Origin: Nitrososphaerota archaeon
GTDB taxonomy: Archaea; Thermoproteota; Nitrososphaeria_A; Caldarchaeales; JAVZCJ01
Direction: 5' to 3'
NCBI GenBank assembly: GCA_038817485.1
Contig: JAWAZL010000005.1
Location: 12,435-36,434 of the forward strand
Length of the DNA stretch: 24,000 bases
Part shown: positions 15,760 to 23,178 of the stretch, in pieces
Layout of the letters: each line of letters starts with the position of its first letter
How positions within the stretch are numbered: the first letter of the stretch is position 1
Made by a program: the position numbers and the translations under genes
The notes under the pieces: generated by a model
Told to the model about the DNA's origin: nothing
What the model saw: only the letters and a program-made list of their open reading frames with translations
Databases searched by the model: none

Positions 15760-17841
15760 ATGAGAAAGAATTTATCGAAAGAAAAATTCGATACAATTTT
15801 AGATGAAGAAAGTATAAATTTCATAAGAAAAATGTTACCCTTTACTACAACATTTTTAATAATTTTTATTTTTATATTGTTTATTCCTTTTATAACAATC
15901 ATAATTTTTTTATTACCAATAATAGCAATTTTATCATTCATATCGAAAAGAATTAGAAAAAGCATAGTAAACTTTTTTAAATTACCATTCATTTTTTCAT
16001 TTAAAATAGCTCTTTTCATATCTAGCTTATTTTCAAAAAATAGAATGCAAATTATTAATAAATTTATTAAAGATAGTTTAGAAATGAATAATTTCTCTTC
16101 TAATAAAATTAAAGCAGATATAATTTTAGGATATAGATGGGTTGGTAAATCTTTTTTTGGATATCTTTCAAAAACAGGAATTAATTTTGAAAACCTTGAA
16201 AGAGGCGTAACAATTCTTGGATCTTATGGATTAAACATTATGCGTAAAATAATTAAAGAAGCTGCTATGAAAGAGATTGGAATAATTATCTTTGACTCAT
16301 CTAATCTTATTGGAACTCCTAAAAATGTTAATTCAACTAAGGTTTATAATGTTGGTATTGATACTTTAATTAATCCAATGGATGCTAAACCATTACCTTT
16401 AAAAATTTGGACAAATATTTTGGCAATGGCTATTTCTGTTGCATGCACATTGGATATTGAAGAAGCAAGTTTATTAGCAGATTTCTTTTATAATCAATAT
16501 GAATATGAAAACATATTAAGAGTTGATCAAGTAAATTTATGGAGTGATGGCTTAAATAGATTTTTTGAAAAAAGGAGAGCGGATATTTTAAAAGCAGATA
16601 TTAAAAAACTTTTATTAACAAAAATTTTTTCTGATGAAGGGAAAAATATTTTAAGCTTTTTACCAAAAAGAGGCGAAATAATATGCTTAAGAGTAGGAGG
16701 AATAGATAGAGAACAAAAAACTTTCCTTTTAATATTGTTCATAGGTGTTTTGCATCAAGTTTTAAAAAAGAAGAAAGAAAGGATTCTTATAGTTATAGAT
16801 GAGTTACAAAACCTTTTGCCTCAAATACATCTTTTACCATATGATTATAGACCTGTAATGGAAAGGTTAATGTACATGCTTAAAGAAGCATCAAAGAACA
16901 TTAGTTTATTATTGCATACTTCTGCAACATGGATAGCAAATTATGCTTACAGCATAACTCCAAATTTAATAATAACAGCTATTGAGGATCCATATATTGC
17001 AAATGAAATATCTAAAGTATTTGCATTAGGAAAAGAAGGGGACAATTTTATATTAAAACTTTCACCTCAAGAAAGCATTGTGAAAGTAATGACACATGAA
17101 GGTATGAAAACTTTCTTAATGCTTACACCTATAATAGATTTTAATACAGATATGAATATGGAAAATTTACTTGAAAAAGAAATAGAAGAGAATGTTACAA
17201 CTCTTAAAAAAGACTTTCTTAATAAAAGTGAAGTTGCATATAATATTATGAAATATGTTTTTCAATTAAAAAATGTGAATATAGCAACAATTCAAGCATA
17301 TCTTTCAGATAAATATGAATTGAATGATATAAGAGAATTAATTAAAGAACTTATTGATAAAAAATATTTAAAATTTCCTTCTATTAATGAAGAAAAAATA
17401 GAAATAACTGAAAAAGGAATTTTTGCAATTAATGAATGGGAAGAAAGGAATTTTATAAAAAAGAAAGAAGATATTAAAGAAGAAGAAATTTATTTAAAAA
17501 TTAATGAAAAACTTGTTAAAAAATTAATTGAAGCAGAGAAAAAATTTTTAAATCAAGAATGGTGCCAATCAATTATTCTATGTTATAATTTAGTTAGGCA
17601 TGTGATGATATTATTAATTTCAAATCCAGAAAAAACTAGATGGAAAAAATTTAAAGCATTATATGAAACTTTATGTATTGAAGGCTTAAAACCAATAGAA
17701 ATGGAGGATATTGAATGGTTAGAAGAAATAAAGAATAAAGCTGAAAAAGCAGATTTAAGCATAGGAGAAAAAGAAGCTGAAAGAGCATTAAAAATTGCAA
17801 AGAATGTCTTAATGAGTATTCTAAGGAAGGGGAAAAAATGA
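15760..17841 (+). CDS. membrane-anchored P-loop NTPase with an internal winged helix and a helical C-terminal tail (HerA/FtsK-like or Arch_ATPase-like; family unresolved)
   Basis: Residues about 26-95 contain 2-3 TM helices (FTTTFLIIFIFILFIPFITIIIFLLPIIAILSFI; LPFIFSFKIALFISSLF). Literal Walker A GYRWVGKS (aa 124-131, nt 16129-16152). A second HerA-like strand-loop VTILGSYGLN...IGIIIFD has no Lys. Walker B is ILIVIDELQNL (aa 342-352). wHTH about aa 485-560 (NIATIQAYLSDKYELNDIRELIKELIDKKYL...ITEKG). A Lys/Glu-rich helical tail runs to aa 693. Confidence 0.7.
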   Translation: MRKNLSKEKFDTILDEESINFIRKMLPFTTTFLIIFIFILFIPFITIIIFLLPIIAILSFISKRIRKSIVNFFKLPFIFSFKIALFISSLFSKNRMQIINKFIKDSLEMNNFSSNKIKADIILGYRWVGKSFFGYLSKTGINFENLERGVTILGSYGLNIMRKIIKEAAMKEIGIIIFDSSNLIGTPKNVNSTKVYNVGIDTLINPMDAKPLPLKIWTNILAMAISVACTLDIEEASLLADFFYNQYEYENILRVDQVNLWSDGLNRFFEKRRADILKADIKKLLLTKIFSDEGKNILSFLPKRGEIICLRVGGIDREQKTFLLILFIGVLHQVLKKKKERILIVIDELQNLLPQIHLLPYDYRPVMERLMYMLKEASKNISLLLHTSATWIANYAYSITPNLIITAIEDPYIANEISKVFALGKEGDNFILKLSPQESIVKVMTHEGMKTFLMLTPIIDFNTDMNMENLLEKEIEENVTTLKKDFLNKSEVAYNIMKYVFQLKNVNIATIQAYLSDKYELNDIRELIKELIDKKYLKFPSINEEKIEITEKGIFAINEWEERNFIKKKEDIKEEEIYLKINEKLVKKLIEAEKKFLNQEWCQSIILCYNLVRHVMILLISNPEKTRWKKFKALYETLCIEGLKPIEMEDIEWLEEIKNKAEKADLSIGEKEAERALKIAKNVLMSILRKGKK

Positions 17842-18680
17842 GATATATTTCTACTGGTTGTAAAATTCTAGATAAATTAATGGGTGGTGGTTTCTTAGCA
17901 AGTGCAATAAATCTTATTTATGGAGATCCTGGAAGTGGAAAAACAACATTAATCCTTCAAACAATTCTTAATTTATCTAAAAATTGTGAAGGAGAATTTT
18001 TCTATTTAGATACAGAACAAGGTTTTCATGAATCTAGATTATTACAAATGGCTAAAGCTCTTAATATTAATAAATCAATTTTGGAACGTATGTATATAAC
18101 TCGTGTAGATAGCTTAAGTGAGCAACATAAAATTATTATTCATAAATGGGAAGAAATAATAAAAAATGAAGGGCTTCAACCATTAGCTTTTATAGTTGAT
18201 AGTTTTGTGAATCAATATCATAAGCAACTATTAGCTGCAAAAACTGCCTTTTTAGCAAGTGAAGCTAGAGAATTACAAGGTAAGCTTGCATATCAATCTG
18301 GAAAATTAATGAGTTTAGCTATAAAGTATGATGTACCTGTTATTCTTGTATCATGGACTAAAAGTGCTGCATATAAAACATTTTTAGATAGGGAAAGGAA
18401 TAAAATGTTAAAAAAACAAGAATTATTAGATTTAGAATTAGGTTTTGATGCAAAAAGGTTTGAAGTAATAGGTGGTTCTCATCTTGAATATGTAAGTAAA
18501 ACAATATTGAGATTATTGATTTTGAAAGATTATAAACGTCTTGCAATCTTAGAAAAACATATAGCTATGCCTACTCCTAAAGTAGTAAAGCTTAAAATGA
18601 GTGAAGAAGGATTGGTTGGAGATGATGAAAAAGTATACGAATTAAATGATTACTGGAAAAAGATAATTAAGGAAACATAG
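17838..18680 (+). CDS. radB: RadB-type RecA-superfamily ATPase (RadA paralog)
   Basis: ISTGCKILDKLMGGGF...INLIYGDPGSGKTTLILQ (Walker A), FYLDTEQGFHESRLLQMAK, Walker B LAFIVDSF, ELQGKL...LAIKYDVPVILVS, and C-terminal GGSHLEYVSKTILRL...LAILEKHIAMP. All are collinear with RadB/RadA core motifs, and there is no RadA N-terminal HhH domain. The ATG overlaps the upstream stop (ATGA at 17838-17841). Confidence 0.75.
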   Translation: MRYISTGCKILDKLMGGGFLASAINLIYGDPGSGKTTLILQTILNLSKNCEGEFFYLDTEQGFHESRLLQMAKALNINKSILERMYITRVDSLSEQHKIIIHKWEEIIKNEGLQPLAFIVDSFVNQYHKQLLAAKTAFLASEARELQGKLAYQSGKLMSLAIKYDVPVILVSWTKSAAYKTFLDRERNKMLKKQELLDLELGFDAKRFEVIGGSHLEYVSKTILRLLILKDYKRLAILEKHIAMPTPKVVKLKMSEEGLVGDDEKVYELNDYWKKIIKET

Positions 18681-18765
18681 AATAAAAAAGGAAAGATTTG
18701 GAAATTTTTAAAATACAAGATTTTTTCTTAATAAATGAAAGCTTTTAAGAAAGTATTAAAATTCC

Positions 18766-18780
18766 GAAAAAGCTTATAAG
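18766..18780 (+). promoter_or_regulatory. BRE/TATA-like promoter (GAAAAAG-CTTATAAG) about 28 nt upstream of the ATG at 18805; leaderless-type geometry
   Basis: A purine-rich BRE-like run is immediately followed by TTATAA centred near 18776-18777. The spacing to the ATG equals the usual archaeal TATA-to-TSS spacing. Confidence 0.4.
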
Positions 18781-18804
18781 TCTTCATTAAAAATTTAAAA
18801 AGTA

Positions 18805-19317
18805 ATGAATGAAAAAATTGTAATATGGTTACTTAGAACGATCACGATTATAGTTATTATAACACCTTTTACATTCTATTATTTTACTTCAGGATCATTA
18901 TTAAATTTCATTATGCCAAATTTAAATTTACCTCATGGATTACCATCATTTGACTTTAGTTCAATCCGTATAGTATCTATAGATTATCTCTCTACTAATG
19001 GAGAATACATATTGAATATTAAATTGCTTAATAATGGAAATACTAGAATTGGTTTAAATAAATTAAACGTAAAAATAATAAATCCCTCTTCAAATATTAA
19101 TGGAGAAATAATTCTCCAAACACCTTTCATTTTAGAACCTGGTAAAGAAGAAAATGTACAATTTTTATTCTCATTAGAAAAAGGGTCTATTGAGGACTTT
19201 ATAATGTTACTTACACAAGGATATCCTATTAATCTTTCAGGAAATGTTACTTTAGTCTTAAATTTAATCGAAATCCCACTCGATTTTTCTATAAATAATT
19301 TTAGTTTTCCAAGCTGA
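18805..19317 (+). CDS. signal-anchored extracytoplasmic beta-rich protein (170 aa), function unknown
   Basis: N-terminal TM/anchor IVIWLLRTITIIVIITPFTFYYF. An alternating beta-strand-like pattern follows (YILNIKLLNNGNTRIGLNKLNVKIINPSSNINGEIILQTPFILEPGKEENVQFLFSL), reminiscent of Ig/LEA14-type beta-sandwiches. That fold assignment is only a guess. Confidence 0.6.
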   Translation: MNEKIVIWLLRTITIIVIITPFTFYYFTSGSLLNFIMPNLNLPHGLPSFDFSSIRIVSIDYLSTNGEYILNIKLLNNGNTRIGLNKLNVKIINPSSNINGEIILQTPFILEPGKEENVQFLFSLEKGSIEDFIMLLTQGYPINLSGNVTLVLNLIEIPLDFSINNFSFPS

Positions 19318-19322
19318 AGAAA

Positions 19323-19919
19323 ATGAAGAAATATAGAATTCTCTATTTAATTAGTGGAATTATTTTTCTAATAGTATCTATAATTGGTGGTGCTTGGTGG
19401 GAATTTATTGGAGGTATAGCTTCTAAACCATTCTTATATATTGGCCTTTCTCCATTTGATTTTAAGTTTGAACTTCTAGGTTTAGAACCCATTAAGCTAC
19501 CACCTCTTATACTGAGTTTATTCTTATGTGAAAGATTACTTGCTATAATTGGATCGATTACAATAATTATTGGATCGTTATTATATAATAAAAAATGGTC
19601 AAGAAGATTTCTTAATCTTAGACCATTCACAATGCCTATAGTATTTACTATCATAATCTTAATTGGCATTATTGTAATAATATCATTGACACAACATTTC
19701 ATACCTATTGTATCTCAAGTTATGCCAAACTTAAGGGATGCATTATTGCCATATTCAAATCAATATTTAATTATAAACCTTCATCCAATATCACATATAG
19801 ATGCTTCCTTAAAGATCAAAGTTTTATCTCAATTCACATTTAGATTTTGGATGGCTTTGTTATCAGGTTTGTTATGTTTGATAGCTTTAATTCTTCATAA
19901 AAAAGAAACTAAGAAATAA
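19323..19919 (+). CDS. polytopic membrane protein (198 aa, about 5 TM), function unknown
   Basis: It starts 5 nt after the stop of the preceding gene. Hydrophobic segments include ILYLISGIIFLIVSIIGGAWW, LILSLFLCERLLAIIGSITIIIGSLLY, MPIVFTIIILIGIIVIISL and FWMALLSGLLCLIALIL. Confidence 0.65.
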   Translation: MKKYRILYLISGIIFLIVSIIGGAWWEFIGGIASKPFLYIGLSPFDFKFELLGLEPIKLPPLILSLFLCERLLAIIGSITIIIGSLLYNKKWSRRFLNLRPFTMPIVFTIIILIGIIVIISLTQHFIPIVSQVMPNLRDALLPYSNQYLIINLHPISHIDASLKIKVLSQFTFRFWMALLSGLLCLIALILHKKETKK

Positions 19920-20058
19920 ATTTTTTAAATATTCTAAAGTACTTTAAAGATTAAAAATTCTTAGATGATATGCTGAATATATTTCAAAATATTTTTTATT
20001 CTTAAATTTTTCTATTTATTTACTTTATTGAGAAGATTAAAGAGAATTACTAATATTT

Positions 20059-22833
20059 TTATGCCTCAATTTCAATAGGCTTTAAGCGTCTTATAAAGAA
20101 TTTTCTTATTTCTTCAGCAAAGAAAATAATTGGAGAAAACATAAATAAGAAAAGCCAATCATATAAACTTAATGGAACTGTATTAAAAACATATTGTAAT
20201 GGTTGGAAATAGATTATAAATAAAGTTATAATCATTTCACCAAGAATACCAAAAAATATCCATTTATTTGATAAGAAACCAACTTTAAATAATGATGTGC
20301 GGCTAGTTCTACAAGCAAAAACATTACCAATTTGAGTTGTAACTATACTTGCAAAAGCCATAGTTGTTCCCTTCTTATATAAGTAACTACTTGTACTTAA
20401 TGGCTGTCCAAAATTCCATCCTCCAGATATCCATGTTGTAAGTGCACTAATCATTGATGCAAAAGCTTCTATCATTCCAAGGAAAAATGAACGCGCTATC
20501 ATTCCCATATCTAAAAGCCTCTCTTTCTGACTTCTTGGTGGTTGTAACATTAAAATAGGTTTTGGATGTTCAACTCCTAATGCTAAAGCTGGTAAAACAT
20601 CCGTTCCTAAATCAACAGCTAATATTTGCATAAGTGTAAGAGCAAGTGGAATCTTAAATAATACAAAAGCAATGAATGGAATTAATTCTGGCCAATTTGA
20701 AGAAAGAATATAAGTAGTAAATCTTTTTATGTTTCTGAATATGCCTCTACCTTCCTCAATGGCATTAACAATAGTAGCAAAATTATCATCAAGCAATATT
20801 ATATCAGCGGATTCTTTTGCTACGTCTGTACCTGCAATACCCATAGCAATTCCTATATCTGCTGCTTTTAATGATGGTGCATCATTAACTCCATCTCCAG
20901 TAACAGCTACAATTTCACTTTTCTTTTTAAGTAATCTCACTATTCTAAGCTTATGTTCTGGAGTAATTCTAGCAAAAACTATTCCATCATTATCCAATTC
21001 TTTTAATAATTCTTCATCACTTAATTTATCTAAATCAGATCCTGTAAAAACTTTACATTTATCATCTTTTATTATTGATGTTTGTAAAGCTATAGTTTTA
21101 GCTGTTAATTCATGATCTCCAGTAACCATTATTATTTTAATTCCTGCCTTTCTAGCTTTTTCAATAGCTTCTTTAACTCCTGGTCTAGGAGGATCGTACA
21201 TTGCCATTAATCCAATAAAAACAAGATCTTTTTCTATATTTTCAATTGTATATTCTTGAATATTTTGAGGTATTTCTTTATATGCAAAAGCAAGAACTCG
21301 TAATCCTTCTCTTGCAAATTCATTTATTTGTGAAATTATTTTATTCTTATAATAAAATGAAAGCTCTTTATTTATTCCATTGATTAATATATACTTACAT
21401 TTAGATAAAACTTCATTTGGTGCTCCTTTAACATAAGCTATCTTTTTATTACCTGTGGTATGAATTGAACTCATCATTTTTCTTATAGGATCAAATGGTA
21501 TCATATGAATACGTGGTTTTTTAGCTAAAGCTAAATTAATATTAAAATCAAGTTTTTGAGAAGCAATAAGTAAAGCAATTTCTGTAGGATCTCCAATTGC
21601 TTCCCATCGAGATTTAGTATCGGATGGGGGGATTATTTTTGCATTATTGCAAAATGTTGCTGCTTCAAATAATAGGTTTAATTCTGGTAAGTCATTTATT
21701 GATATCCTTTTACCATTTAAGATAATATCTCCATGAGGCTCATATCCAATACCTGTAGCTTGTAAAATTTTATCATTTATCCATATTTTTGTTACAGTCA
21801 TTTCTCCTTTTGTTATTGTTCCAGTTTTATCTGTACATATTGTTGTAACGCATCCTAATGTTTCTACAGCTGAAAGACGTTTTACTAAAGCATTTTTACG
21901 TGCCATTCTTCGTATACTCATTGCTAAAGAAACGGATATCGTTGCTTGTAAACCTTCTGGAATACATGCTACCATTACTCCAATTCCAAATAAGAATGCT
22001 TCAATTAAGCTAATCTTTAATAGAATCCCAATAATGGAAAAAATCATACCAATTATAATTGCCATGATCGATAATGTTTTTGCAGTCCTAGAGATTTCTT
22101 TTTGTAAAGGACTTGGTTCTTCCTTAATAGCTTGAGCAAGATTAGCGATCGAACCAAATTTAGTTCTCATTCCGGTTGAAAATACTACTGCTTTACCTTG
22201 GCCTGAAATAACTGTCGTACCCATTAATACAATATTTGGTATATCTGTCCAAGATACATTTTCCTCTAAAAAAGGCTCAGCATTCTTTACTTGAGGTGCA
22301 GATTCTCCAGTTAAAGCTGCGCTACTAATCGTGATTCCAAAGCTTTCAATTAAACGAGCATCAGCTGGAACATTATCTCCCTCTTCCAATATGATAAGGT
22401 CTCCTGGAACAAGTTCACTTGCATATATTTTCTTTACTATCCCATCTCTACATACTTTAGCATAAAGTGGCATAAGTTTCTTTAATTCTTTAACAAGTTT
22501 CTCAGCTCTATATTCTTGTAACAATCCTACAATAGCATTAATAATAACTATTAGTATAATAGCTATACTAAGTTCGATCATATTTAAAATAAAAGCAAGT
22601 AAGCTTGCAATAATTAATAGTATTGCAAATAAGCTTTTAAATTGTTCAAAAAATTTAATAATTATTGATTTTCTCCTAAATTCTCTTATAATATTAGGTC
22701 CATATTCTTTTAAACGTTTTCTAGCTTCTATCTCACTTAATCCATTTTCTGAAGTATTCAGTTCTCTGAGTACTTCTTTGATTGGTAGCATATGAATTTT
22801 CGTATTGACTTCTTTTGTAATATTTGTATTCAT
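20059..22833 (-). CDS. cation-transporting P-type ATPase, P2 (Ca2+ / Na+,K+-like) class
   Basis: All core motifs are present: LTGESAPQ (TGES), PEGLQATISVSLAMSIRRMARKNALVKRLSAVETLG, phosphorylation site ICTDKTGTITKG, KGAPNEVL, MVTGDHELTA, VTGDGVNDAPSLKAADIGIAMG. It has about 10 TM segments and is 924 aa long. Confidence 0.9.
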   Translation of the reverse strand: MNTNITKEVNTKIHMLPIKEVLRELNTSENGLSEIEARKRLKEYGPNIIREFRRKSIIIKFFEQFKSLFAILLIIASLLAFILNMIELSIAIILIVIINAIVGLLQEYRAEKLVKELKKLMPLYAKVCRDGIVKKIYASELVPGDLIILEEGDNVPADARLIESFGITISSAALTGESAPQVKNAEPFLEENVSWTDIPNIVLMGTTVISGQGKAVVFSTGMRTKFGSIANLAQAIKEEPSPLQKEISRTAKTLSIMAIIIGMIFSIIGILLKISLIEAFLFGIGVMVACIPEGLQATISVSLAMSIRRMARKNALVKRLSAVETLGCVTTICTDKTGTITKGEMTVTKIWINDKILQATGIGYEPHGDIILNGKRISINDLPELNLLFEAATFCNNAKIIPPSDTKSRWEAIGDPTEIALLIASQKLDFNINLALAKKPRIHMIPFDPIRKMMSSIHTTGNKKIAYVKGAPNEVLSKCKYILINGINKELSFYYKNKIISQINEFAREGLRVLAFAYKEIPQNIQEYTIENIEKDLVFIGLMAMYDPPRPGVKEAIEKARKAGIKIIMVTGDHELTAKTIALQTSIIKDDKCKVFTGSDLDKLSDEELLKELDNDGIVFARITPEHKLRIVRLLKKKSEIVAVTGDGVNDAPSLKAADIGIAMGIAGTDVAKESADIILLDDNFATIVNAIEEGRGIFRNIKRFTTYILSSNWPELIPFIAFVLFKIPLALTLMQILAVDLGTDVLPALALGVEHPKPILMLQPPRSQKERLLDMGMIARSFFLGMIEAFASMISALTTWISGGWNFGQPLSTSSYLYKKGTTMAFASIVTTQIGNVFACRTSRTSLFKVGFLSNKWIFFGILGEMIITLFIIYFQPLQYVFNTVPLSLYDWLFLFMFSPIIFFAEEIRKFFIRRLKPIEIEA

Positions 22834-23178
22834 TTTTATTTCCCAGTTTAATTTTCATAAGTTTAAGCTCCAATATTTTTATGAAGCGTTTTGTAAAGCC
22901 ATCATTTTTTTAGCTATATATAAAGATTAATATAATGAATGTTCATTTTTTAATACCATTAAAATTTTGCATAATTTTTAATTGAAATTAGATTTTACAT
23001 TCATTTATTTGTATTCCTAGTTTAAAAATTTTAGATTCTTATTAAAAATAGAAAAAAGTATTAATATTATATAGCCATCTAAAGAATTTCATAAGAATAA
23101 TTTCTTAATGGATTTATGATAAAATAAAATGATAAATTAATAATTTTAATAAAATTATTACAATGTTAATCCTTTAAA

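Noticed and set aside
16129-16240. My first reading was that the 693-aa protein is a P-loop-dead HerA-like pseudo-ATPase, because VTILGSYGLN lacks the Walker lysine.
   Set aside because: A literal GxxxxGKS (GYRWVGKS) lies 25 aa upstream and resembles the Arch_ATPase-type P-loop, so inactivation cannot be claimed from sequence alone. I report it as ambiguous instead.
15693-16742. Track ORFs 15693-16019 (-) and 16527-16742 (-).
   Set aside because: They are antisense to the 693-aa gene. The first mirrors its TM-helix codons (Lys/Ile/Asn-rich), and neither has start-site support.
19955-19985. C/D-box-sRNA-like elements (AGATGATA followed by CTGA) in the gap between the 198-aa membrane gene and the ATPase gene.
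   Set aside because: The C-box match is imperfect (no U before GAUGA). The CUGA lies only 3 nt away, leaving no guide region, and I see no second C'/D' pair or terminal stem.
18358-21115. Track ORFs 18358-18546 (-), 19343-19702 (-) and 20729-21115 (+).
   Set aside because: They are antisense to the RadB-like gene, the 198-aa membrane gene and the P-type ATPase gene respectively. All three host genes have clear motifs or membrane topology.
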